From Myxococcota bacterium (GTDB lineage Bacteria; Myxococcota_A; SURF-8), in contig CAXXQS010000001.1 in NCBI GenBank assembly GCA_963674735.2, positions 1,376,001 to 1,440,000 of the forward strand: 64,000 nt of DNA. The letters are read 5' to 3'. Position numbers and translations under genes: made by a program. The notes beneath the pieces were generated by a model. It was given only the letters and a program-made list of their open reading frames with translations. It did not search any database and had not been told where the DNA came from. Numbering within the stretch: the stretch's first letter is position 1; each line of letters starts with the position of its first letter. This document shows positions 27,548 through 36,209 of this stretch, in pieces.

Positions 27548-29191
27548 TTACTTGTCTTTTGGTGTCGTCTTCAACTCCAGGGCGGTTTTGATGAGTTGAT
27601 AGAAAAGCTCAGCCGGTTTTTCGAGTTGGCTGGTCAATTCCGGGTGGAACTGGCTGGCCATGAAGAACGGGTGCTCCGGTAATTCCATCACCTGCATGAT
27701 TTGACCGCCCGGAGCGTGTCCGGAGAAAACCAGTCCTTTGGCCGTCAGGCGCTCAACATAATCCGGGTTGATCTCGTAGCGATGGCGGAAACGTCGGCGG
27801 ATGTGGGTTTCACGCCCGTAATATTCCCATGCTTTGGTGTTTTCGACCAAAATCACATCCTGGCCGCCCAAACGCATCGTGCCGCCCTTGTTTGTGACGT
27901 TGATCTGTTCCGGTAAAATGCAAACCACCGGATCTTTGGTCGATCCGCCGTCTGCTTCGATTTCCGTTGTGTTGGCTCCGGTAATGCCGCAAATATTTCG
28001 GGCGAATTCGATAACGGCAAGCTGCATGCCGTAGCAGATTCCCAAAAATGGAATATTCCGTTCACGGCAAGCCTGGATGACTTTGATTTTTCCTTCGATA
28101 CCTCGGGTCCCGAATCCGCCGGGCACGATGACGGCATCCGCTCCTTCCATGGCTTTTTCGATCGAAAGCCTGCCCTCTTCGACCTCGGTCGTTTCAATCC
28201 AGGTGAGATTGATCTTGGCGTCGAGATGGGCTTGAGTGTGACTCAGAGCTTCGAGGATGGAAGCATAGGAGTCGTGGAGATCACAGTACTTACCGCATAT
28301 CGCAACGGTAATTTGGGTTTTGCTCTCTTTGTCCATCATCCGTGTAACCAGCTTACGCCAGTTTTCAAGGCGAGGTGGAGAATAAATCTTCAACTTCTTG
28401 TGAACGATGGCCGTTACCCCTTCCTGCTCGTATAGCAGCGGGATGCGGTACACCGTATCTACGTCTTCTCCGCTGATCACGGCCGAGGCGTCGATGTCAC
28501 AGAAAAGAGCGATTTTCTCTTTGATTTTCTGGGTAAGAGGCAGTTTGCTACGTGCGATGATGATATCGGGATAGATGCCGCGCTCATTTAAAAGCTTAAC
28601 CGATTGCTGCGAAGGTTTGGACTTTTGTTCTTCTACCCCGGACGGAATCGGAACGTAGGTCAGATGAACGAAAATGATGTTATCTCGACCGACATCTCGG
28701 CGTAACTGGCGGACGCTCTCTAAAAAGAGTTCGTTTTCCATGTCGCCGACCGTGCCGCCGATTTCGACCAACAGAACTTCAGCTTTTTCTTTCTTGGCGA
28801 TGGCAAAAAGACCGCCTTTGATCGCATCCGTAACATGGGGAATCAACTGGACGGTCTGGCCGAGGAAATCCCCACGGCGTTCACGCTCCAGAATCATCTT
28901 GTAAACCTTCCCCATGGTCAGGTTCCAGGTGAATTTGCAGGTGACATTGAGGAAGCGCTCGTAATGACCGAAGTCCATGTCGACTTCGCCGCCATCGTCG
29001 AGAACAAACACTTCACCGTGTTCGATGGGATTCATCGTACCCGGATCCGTATTCAGGTAACCATCGCATTTTACCGGCACGATGCTCAAGCGATCTGATA
29101 GAAGGTGACCGATGGAGGCGGACGAAATGCCCTTCCCCAATCCGGAAAGCACACCACCTGTTACTACGATGAATTTCGGCCCGTTATACAT
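27548..29191 (-). CDS. pyrG: CTP synthase
   Basis: TGGVLSGLGKG, DPGTM, GHYERF, GGTVGD, VPGGFG, GICYGMQ, RHRYE, QFHPE. Confidence 0.97.
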   Translation of the reverse strand: MYNGPKFIVVTGGVLSGLGKGISSASIGHLLSDRLSIVPVKCDGYLNTDPGTMNPIEHGEVFVLDDGGEVDMDFGHYERFLNVTCKFTWNLTMGKVYKMILERERRGDFLGQTVQLIPHVTDAIKGGLFAIAKKEKAEVLLVEIGGTVGDMENELFLESVRQLRRDVGRDNIIFVHLTYVPIPSGVEEQKSKPSQQSVKLLNERGIYPDIIIARSKLPLTQKIKEKIALFCDIDASAVISGEDVDTVYRIPLLYEQEGVTAIVHKKLKIYSPPRLENWRKLVTRMMDKESKTQITVAICGKYCDLHDSYASILEALSHTQAHLDAKINLTWIETTEVEEGRLSIEKAMEGADAVIVPGGFGTRGIEGKIKVIQACRERNIPFLGICYGMQLAVIEFARNICGITGANTTEIEADGGSTKDPVVCILPEQINVTNKGGTMRLGGQDVILVENTKAWEYYGRETHIRRRFRHRYEINPDYVERLTAKGLVFSGHAPGGQIMQVMELPEHPFFMASQFHPELTSQLEKPAELFYQLIKTALELKTTPKDK

Positions 29192-29516
29192 CCTGAACTC
29201 CCATCGATATCTGGGGTGAAACGTCTTCTAGGCTATTTTGCTTTTGAGTCTTCGGGCTGGCATTTCCAGTGATCCGCATGGCCGGGATTATAGGTGAAGT
29301 TTCACAGAAATCAACTCCTTTTTCTAACCAAATTCCAGCAAATTGTGGTGATGCCAGTGTAAGTAGGCTGAAAATGGCAGGAAAATGAGTTCTTTCTCCT
29401 ATCTAGCATTCAAGTATTTGCCGTAACTGAATTATTCGATTTGAGCGCACTTGATCTTGTCGCCAAGATATGCCACAATCGGCGAGCAATTCAAAATATC
29501 AATGAGGAAACCCGTT

Positions 29517-30401
29517 ATGAAGCCACTCGAATTGGCGTGGGCGTCCATTCCCGGCTGGATTCGCTTCTGTTTGATGGTTGTTCTCGTCTCATCTCTTTTA
29601 TTGGCTTGTGGAGGCGATGACAGTTCGAAGAGCCACGACGATGATGACGACAACGACGACGACGAGAAGTCGGACGGCGATGACAATCCCGACGACGACG
29701 TGGTGGAGACTCCCTTCGCCGACGGCGAATTCGAAGAAACCGGTATTCCTCTAGTCGACCGGATGCTGTCTGCGGCCGAACAATGCGGCACACAGAATCC
29801 GAATACGGTGCCTCCCGGCTGGAGGATGGTGTTGGCAGGTGAACAGGGATGCACGTTTATGGCTCCTCCTGACTGGGAAGCGCTTGGGGCAGGCACAACG
29901 GTTACCTTGGTTCAAGAAGATGCAAACGGCACAACCGGCTTCATTTTGATGGGAGGTGTTCCGGATTTACAGGCGCAAGTCGACTGCAGCCCGTCCGGTG
30001 TTTCTCAATACATGGCGGCCAACATGGAACAAACCGGCTGTGCAGATGTGCAGACGTTATTGCTGGATGTTTACACGGAAGACTTTTTAGGACAAGCCGT
30101 CCCGATGGCGGACTACTTTTACTCCTGCCGGAAAAACTCTGTATCTTTGGTGGGTTATCAATGGATCAGCATACATGGCACACAACCGTTGTGTAACATC
30201 CTGGTTCTCGGCCTCTGGATGTCTCAAGAACAGATCGAAGCGAAAGCATGCACGCTGACCCAAATCATGAACTCGATCAAGTGTCCATCAGGCGCAAGCG
30301 GTGATTGCGATGATGCGAGCTGCGCCAACTCTTGTCGCGAACAGGACGCCCAGGGAGGAGCTTGCAACGATAACGACGAATGTGTTTGTTTTTCCTCATA
30401 A
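29517..30401 (+). CDS. Lipoprotein with poly-Asp linker and C-terminal defensin-like Cys module
   Basis: LLACGG lipobox, HDDDDDNDDDE linker, C-terminus CDDASCANSCREQDAQGGACNDNDECVC. Start uncertain. Confidence 0.75.
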   Translation: MKPLELAWASIPGWIRFCLMVVLVSSLLLACGGDDSSKSHDDDDDNDDDEKSDGDDNPDDDVVETPFADGEFEETGIPLVDRMLSAAEQCGTQNPNTVPPGWRMVLAGEQGCTFMAPPDWEALGAGTTVTLVQEDANGTTGFILMGGVPDLQAQVDCSPSGVSQYMAANMEQTGCADVQTLLLDVYTEDFLGQAVPMADYFYSCRKNSVSLVGYQWISIHGTQPLCNILVLGLWMSQEQIEAKACTLTQIMNSIKCPSGASGDCDDASCANSCREQDAQGGACNDNDECVCFSS

Positions 30402-30432
30402 TTCAACGAAAAGTGTTGACTGGAGCAAAGAT

Positions 30433-32775
30433 ATGAAGTGGTTCACGATTGTTACGACTTTGATAGCCCTGACATTCGTTACGGGATGTACCGGTTCGGA
30501 TTATCTGATTGCTGAAGTGGATGGCGATCTTTCAACGTCCGATGGTGATGTGGAGCAAATGGGAGGCGAGGAAACCCAGACCGTTTCCGAAAACTTCAAG
30601 GTTCGCGAAAGTGTCGAACAATTACACATCTGGCAAGCGGAACCCGAAACGGATTTTGAAGTACTCAATGCCGAAAAAGTGGTTTTATTTTCCGGTGCAA
30701 CCGATTATCAAGGAAGCCTCGTCATTCGAAACCTTCCGCCCGGAACGGATTATCTTGTTCGCGTGGTGGAGAATCCAACCGAATTTACGGATCAGCTGAC
30801 TGTTAGGTCGGTCGAGGACAGCTATCCGGATCCTTCTTTTTATACAGATCAGGTTCTAGAACCGGGTTATGGATACATAACCATGCGAGATGGCACGACT
30901 TTATCTGTATTTGTGTCCCTACCTGGACCGCCAGAGGATGGCCCCTACCCCACTCTCGTCAATTACTCCGGTTATAGTCCGTCAAGTCCTGGAGAATCGC
31001 TAGGCGGTGTAGCAGAAGCTTTCTGCGGGGAATTCCCGGTATTATGTGACGCTCCCAACCACCCATTCGGGATTATCGGTGGAGTCATGGGCTACGCAAC
31101 CGTCGGGGTCAATATCCGTGGAACCGGCTGTTCCGGTGGCGCGTATGACTATTTCGAGACTCTGCAATTGCTGGATGGTTACGACACGGTCGAAATCATT
31201 GCCAATCAAGACTGGGTGAAGAATAACCAGGTCGGCCTCGTCGGACTTTCTTACCCGGGAATCACACAACTTTTCGTCGCTTCGACTCGACCTCCCGGAT
31301 TAGCGGCCATTGCACCGTTTTCCGTTATTGCCGACACTTATTCTTCAACATTGCTACCGGGCGGCATTTACAATACCGGGTTTGCCCTCGAATGGATCGA
31401 AAACGTCATGAACAAGGCCGAGCCTTACGCGCATAATTGGATTACCGAATTGGTCGAATCGGGCGATGCGATTTGCGAGGAAAACCAGCTTTTACACAGT
31501 CAGCTCGTGGATGCCATCGCCAAAGCCCTGGACAACCCCTATTACTCTGACGAACTCGCCAAGCCCATCGACCCGACAAGTTTCGCCGATCAAATAGACG
31601 TCCCGGTTTTTTTGGTCGGTCAGTGTCAGGATGAACAAACCGGTCCTCATTTTCCAGCTCTCTTCGATAAGTTCACCGCCTCCCCGCTCACACGATTTAC
31701 GATGACGAATGGTGTACATATTGATGGTTTCGCGACTCAGGTTCTCGGTGAATGGTTTAACTTCGTCTCTTTCTATGTCGATCAGGAAATCCCTGATCTA
31801 CCTCAATCCGCCCTATCCTTGGTGCCGATTTTCATGGAGCAGGTTTTCGATGCCCCAAACCTGGATTTTCCGCCATTACGCTTCAGCGAGTATTCCGATT
31901 TTGCGGAGGCAAAAGCTGATTTCGAGCAGGAAGATAATATCCGGGTTATTTTCGAATCCGGCGCAGCTCCCGATCTGGTTGCAGGAGCTCCAAAGGGCAC
32001 TTTCGAAACAACCTTTACGGAATGGCCCTCGGCAGACACCGACCCCCTAAGATTCTATTTCCAACCCGATGGCATATTATCCGAGAACTTGCCCCCGACT
32101 GATGGCGGCGCGAGCACTTTTGAGCAGGATCCGGAAGCGGGAGATCGCGTAACCCTCAACAGCGGGTCGGTAAACGTTTTACAGCCGGATTATCTTTATC
32201 GTCAGCTCGTTCCGGGAAAAGCAATCAGCTTTATTACCGAGCCGCTTTCGGAGACGCTTGTCATGGCTGGACCGGGTAGCGTGGATATCTGGTTGAAATC
32301 AACGGCGAATGATGCGGATTTGGAAGTGAACTTAACCGAGGTCAGACCCGATGGGAAAGAAGTTTATGTCCAAAGCGGTTGGCTGCGCGCCAGCCATCGT
32401 ATGCTGATGGATGAAAGTACCGACCTGCGGCCGGTTGTTTCACATTACGAGACGGATATACAACCTCTCGTAGCAAACGAATGGAATGCGATACGAATAG
32501 AACTGATGCCGTTTGCTCATATCTTCCGCAAGGACTCACGCATTCGTTTAAGCATAGATACTCCGGGCGACAGTCGAGCTTGGTGGCGGTTTAAACTTTT
32601 AGAACACGAAACCATTCCGACACATACTCTTTCGCATCATGGCGAACATGCATCGAGTGTCCTTTTACCTGTGATTCCCGACCTTCAGCCGCCCGAAGAG
32701 TTGCCTGACTGCAATTCATTACGCGGCCAACCTTGCCGAGACTATGAAATCTACACAAATACCGAGGTTGATTAG
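30433..32775 (+). CDS. CocE/NonD-family (S15-like) hydrolase lipoprotein
   Basis: VTGC lipobox, ITMRDGTTL, GPYPTLVNYSGY, RGTGCSGG, nucleophile GLSYPG, C-terminal PepX-like domain. Confidence 0.88.
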   Translation: MKWFTIVTTLIALTFVTGCTGSDYLIAEVDGDLSTSDGDVEQMGGEETQTVSENFKVRESVEQLHIWQAEPETDFEVLNAEKVVLFSGATDYQGSLVIRNLPPGTDYLVRVVENPTEFTDQLTVRSVEDSYPDPSFYTDQVLEPGYGYITMRDGTTLSVFVSLPGPPEDGPYPTLVNYSGYSPSSPGESLGGVAEAFCGEFPVLCDAPNHPFGIIGGVMGYATVGVNIRGTGCSGGAYDYFETLQLLDGYDTVEIIANQDWVKNNQVGLVGLSYPGITQLFVASTRPPGLAAIAPFSVIADTYSSTLLPGGIYNTGFALEWIENVMNKAEPYAHNWITELVESGDAICEENQLLHSQLVDAIAKALDNPYYSDELAKPIDPTSFADQIDVPVFLVGQCQDEQTGPHFPALFDKFTASPLTRFTMTNGVHIDGFATQVLGEWFNFVSFYVDQEIPDLPQSALSLVPIFMEQVFDAPNLDFPPLRFSEYSDFAEAKADFEQEDNIRVIFESGAAPDLVAGAPKGTFETTFTEWPSADTDPLRFYFQPDGILSENLPPTDGGASTFEQDPEAGDRVTLNSGSVNVLQPDYLYRQLVPGKAISFITEPLSETLVMAGPGSVDIWLKSTANDADLEVNLTEVRPDGKEVYVQSGWLRASHRMLMDESTDLRPVVSHYETDIQPLVANEWNAIRIELMPFAHIFRKDSRIRLSIDTPGDSRAWWRFKLLEHETIPTHTLSHHGEHASSVLLPVIPDLQPPEELPDCNSLRGQPCRDYEIYTNTEVD

Positions 32776-32900
32776 TCGGTCTTCGCAAAAGGAAGAGAAC
32801 TGGAGTGGGTTGAGCGGTTTTGCAAAACAAAAAAGCTGATGATGTTATGAAAACACATCAACGGCTTGAGAAGGTATTGAAGGTTTCGATTGTTGCAAAT

Positions 32901-32934
32901 GAAAAACCCGCACGATAACGCGCGGGTTCTTTTC
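32901..32934 (-). terminator. Intrinsic terminator after the tRNA pair
   Basis: Minus strand AACCCGCGCG-TTAT-CGTGCGGGTT-TTTC immediately 3' of the tRNA-Glu CCA. Confidence 0.7.
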
Positions 32935-32935
32935 G

Positions 32936-33010
32936 TGGCGACCCCAGGGGGAATTGAACCCCCGCTTTCGGATTGAGAGCCCGACGTCCTAACCACTAGA
33001 CGATGGGGTC
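32936..33010 (-). tRNA. tRNA-Glu (CTC)
   Basis: GACCCCA acceptor stem, TCTAGTGGTTAGGA D-arm, anticodon loop CTCTCAA, GGTTCAAT T-loop, encoded CCA. Confidence 0.95.
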
Positions 33011-33018
33011 GAAATAAA

Positions 33019-33092
33019 TGGTTCGGGGACTAGGATTCGAACCTAGATTAACGGGGCCAGAACCCGTCGTCCTGCCATTAGACCATCCCCGA
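33019..33092 (-). tRNA. tRNA-Gln (CTG)
   Basis: TCGGGGA acceptor stem, anticodon loop TTCTGGC, GGTTCGAATCC, encoded CCA. Confidence 0.95.
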
Positions 33093-33093
33093 A

Positions 33094-33465
33094 TTATTTC
33101 GATGGTTTCGGTTTCGCGTTTGTCTGGGGGTAGCAAAAAACATAGATTTGCCCGTAAAGGTCCGTGACATTCGCTCCCTTCCAAGCTCCTCGTGCGCCGC
33201 GGTTTTGGTAGTTCACCGCGCGAACGCCCGGAATGGCCATTTCATCGGCACGCTTGACGCCTCCCACTCCTCGGTAGGTCTTTTTGTAATACTTCATGAC
33301 CTTTTCCCAAGAAAGAGAGACCCGGTAGCGATTTTCGTCCACTTTCACGGACTTAGACGGCACTTTGAAGCCCAAACAGGATTCATCCGCCCTCGACTCG
33401 CTCGGAGTCAACGCTAAACCAAGTAAAACAATAAGAGAAAGAACCATTTGGGCTGCAAACTTCAT
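33094..33465 (-). CDS. Small exported basic hypothetical protein
   Basis: GAGG RBS, signal peptide ending SRA, Lys/Arg-rich mature part. Confidence 0.7.
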   Translation of the reverse strand: MKFAAQMVLSLIVLLGLALTPSESRADESCLGFKVPSKSVKVDENRYRVSLSWEKVMKYYKKTYRGVGGVKRADEMAIPGVRAVNYQNRGARGAWKGANVTDLYGQIYVFCYPQTNAKPKPSK

Positions 33466-33606
33466 TATGGCAACCTCACCTCTAGCGGGGCAGAAAATTA
33501 TCCGATGACTCCCATCTTGTCAAGTATTTTTCACAAAATTTCGATTGAATGGAGTCATTTTCTTTTCCTTGTCGAAATTCAGTTCCGTGACTATACTCCG
33601 AACATC

Positions 33607-35316
33607 ATGAAACGACAAGTCAAACCTCATCAAGATTCACAAATACCCGGCAAGGGCCCCTTGCCTTTGTCTTGGGAAATCCTGGCAATCACCGCGATGG
33701 CCTTGGTTATGTTGCCGGTGGTCAATTTCGACTTCGTCTGGGACGACAGTTGGTTGATCGTCAACAACCCGGCCGTTAACGGCGGCTTGGGATGGATCGA
33801 TCTGTGGCTTTCAGATGCTTATCAAGGCTACTATTACCGACCGTTGGTCCTCCTTACTTTTCGTTTCGATTACATAATTGGGTCCGGCAGCCCTCTTCCT
33901 TTTCATGTAACCAACTTGATTTTCAACGCACTTCTTTTAGGTCTGTTTGCTCGTTATCTCGCTTTGCTCGGCTTCAACCGAACGATTCGGCTCGCCGTTC
34001 TTTTAATTTGGGGTATGCATCCCCTGCGCGTTGAAAGCGTCGCCTTCGTCTCGGCACGTGACAACCTGATGCTGGCCATTTTCGCTATTGCGGCTTTGTG
34101 TGCATTCGAACACGCGTTACGTGCACGCAATCAGCGAGAGGTAACAAAGTGGACCGCGATTCTGTCCGTCCTGGTCGGGTTGAGCCTTTTTGTGAAAGAG
34201 CTTGGTGCGTTCATTCCATTGCTCATTCTTTGGCGCTGGGCTTGTGCCCCTTCCCCTAAACCGTCATTTGTGAAGATTTTCATGTATCTGTTAGGTGTCG
34301 CGCCTTTCGCTGTCATTTATGCCTGTTTACGAATCTACGCCTTGCCGGAGGGCTCCGCTGCCTGGCAACCCCATATTCACCTGATGATGCCTCTTCACTT
34401 GTTGGCTCACTATTTGTCGGTAATGTTTTGGCCGGTTGGTCTGATCGCAGATAATTTCGATATCAGCCTCTGGAACAACCATGGCGTTACGATGTGGCGC
34501 TGGACCGGAGAAATTGCATTGACGGCGCTGCTAGCCGCCTTATTTGCCCTATCATGGAAGAAGCATCGAATGGCCGCTTTCGGTTTCGGGTGGTTCGTCC
34601 TGATGTTGGCTCCGGTCTTGAATCTGATCCCGACTCCCGGAAGACTGACATCGGATACCTGGCTGCTGATTCCCAGCGCAGGGCTGGCTATTGCGCTAGG
34701 CTGGGGTCTGAAAAACGGACTATCCCCTTTAAAGCGTCGAGATCTATGGCAATTATTTGTCGGAATCCTGATCGCCATTCCTTTGGCCTCTCTCAGCGCG
34801 CACTATCTTCCTGTCTGGCGAAACAACGACATCCTTTATCGCGACATCATTGAAAAACAGCCGGAAAATCCTCGTCCCTATACCTGGTTGGGGTTTCAAT
34901 CCCTCAGAGAAAGAAAACTGAAAACGGCTCGTTCTCTATTCGAAGGAGGGATTTCCGCCAATCCGAAATTTGGCGATAATCATTTGGGGCTGGCTCTAAC
35001 AAACCTGATGGCGGGAAAAAGCGAAGTGGGCGTTCAAGGGCTCAAGGAGACTTTGCGTATCGAGCCCCACCATGAAGGGGTCACTTACTATCTGGGTCGT
35101 TACTATCTTGAAAACGACAATCCGAGTGAGGCCTTGCGCTGGCTGACACAGGCGCGCGCGCAAGACGCGGCGTATCCCAATCGTTTTCACCTGCTGGCCG
35201 AAGCGTATAAAAGGCTTGGACAAACCGAAATGGAGAAACATTACCTAAACCGTTTCTGCGGTTATCGCCCGACGTCACCTGTTTGCCGCAACCCGATGTC
35301 CCTTTCCGGTAAATAG
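33607..35316 (+). CDS. TMTC-like GT-C membrane glycosyltransferase with C-terminal TPRs
   Basis: FVWDD, YYRPL, FHVTN, HPLRVESV..RDN, KE motif, about 11 TM segments, W(R)NN followed by TPRs. Confidence 0.8.
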   Translation: MKRQVKPHQDSQIPGKGPLPLSWEILAITAMALVMLPVVNFDFVWDDSWLIVNNPAVNGGLGWIDLWLSDAYQGYYYRPLVLLTFRFDYIIGSGSPLPFHVTNLIFNALLLGLFARYLALLGFNRTIRLAVLLIWGMHPLRVESVAFVSARDNLMLAIFAIAALCAFEHALRARNQREVTKWTAILSVLVGLSLFVKELGAFIPLLILWRWACAPSPKPSFVKIFMYLLGVAPFAVIYACLRIYALPEGSAAWQPHIHLMMPLHLLAHYLSVMFWPVGLIADNFDISLWNNHGVTMWRWTGEIALTALLAALFALSWKKHRMAAFGFGWFVLMLAPVLNLIPTPGRLTSDTWLLIPSAGLAIALGWGLKNGLSPLKRRDLWQLFVGILIAIPLASLSAHYLPVWRNNDILYRDIIEKQPENPRPYTWLGFQSLRERKLKTARSLFEGGISANPKFGDNHLGLALTNLMAGKSEVGVQGLKETLRIEPHHEGVTYYLGRYYLENDNPSEALRWLTQARAQDAAYPNRFHLLAEAYKRLGQTEMEKHYLNRFCGYRPTSPVCRNPMSLSGK

Positions 35317-35322
35317 CACCAT

Positions 35323-36204
35323 ATGCCAGCAATCGATTTCCAAAAAGCCCTTGATTTCATCATACAAGCCTTAACCAATACCGGTTTGTTTCTCATGACC
35401 TCCATCTTGCCGGTTGTCCTCTTGTGTGTGCTTTTATTGCTCACTGGCCGTTGGATGAACCGCCGGTTGTATTTCAGTTTCGGCTGGCGTGGTGTATTGG
35501 CTTTGGCTTGGCTGGGAACGCCCGTTCATGAATTTTCGCATCTGGTGGCATGCTGGATCGGACGCAATCGTGTGGAAGGTTTTGCCTTGTTTATGCCGAA
35601 CAGCCAGACCGGATCGCTCGGGTTTGTCAAACACTCCTATCGAAAAGACAGCTTCTATCAACGCGTTATCGGAAACACGTTGATTTCCATTGCGCCCTTT
35701 TTCGGTGGTGCGACAGCCATTTATCTTCTGACGGGCTGGTTATTTCCCGATATTCTTCAAACATTTTCAGATCTGCCTTTTCCAGGCCTGGACGACATCG
35801 ACAGCCGCCGTGAATTTTTAACGACTGTTCTGCATTTCTGGAAGAATCTCGTGGCTTTTTACCTGCACCTTTTTTCCTCCGGGAACATGTCGAGCTGGCC
35901 ATTTTGGGCGTATTTATTCGCTATCATTTCGTTGGCAGCCCACCTAAGCCCCAGCCGCAGCGATTTTGTCGGTTTCTGGGGACCGGTGGTCATCCTTCTC
36001 GCCTTTATTTTCATCGGTCATGTCGTCAGTTTGCTCGCCCATCATTACGGTCTGAAAATCGATCTCGATGTTTCAAGCACGACATCGCTTCTATTGCCGC
36101 TTTTAGGATTGGCCTGGTTGTTCTTGATGATCGGGGCACTCGCGACCTTTTTGGTCACACTTGTGTGGGATTTGCTGATTGGTCCTCATGACGACGGCAT
36201 GTGA
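35323..36204 (+). CDS. Membrane protein with HEXXH (M50-like metalloprotease)
   Basis: GTPVHEFSHL, LGFVKH, ISIAPFFGG, HLSPSRSD, multiple TM segments. Confidence 0.65.
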   Translation: MPAIDFQKALDFIIQALTNTGLFLMTSILPVVLLCVLLLLTGRWMNRRLYFSFGWRGVLALAWLGTPVHEFSHLVACWIGRNRVEGFALFMPNSQTGSLGFVKHSYRKDSFYQRVIGNTLISIAPFFGGATAIYLLTGWLFPDILQTFSDLPFPGLDDIDSRREFLTTVLHFWKNLVAFYLHLFSSGNMSSWPFWAYLFAIISLAAHLSPSRSDFVGFWGPVVILLAFIFIGHVVSLLAHHYGLKIDLDVSSTTSLLLPLLGLAWLFLMIGALATFLVTLVWDLLIGPHDDGM

Positions 36205-36209
36205 AATAA

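Noticed and set aside
29635-29700. GAC/GAT microsatellite as a phase-variation tract
   Set aside because: In-frame mixed-codon poly-Asp linker; slippage would not shift the frame.
32776-33092. Integrative element at the tRNAs
   Set aside because: No integrase and no duplicated tRNA 3' end seen in the window.
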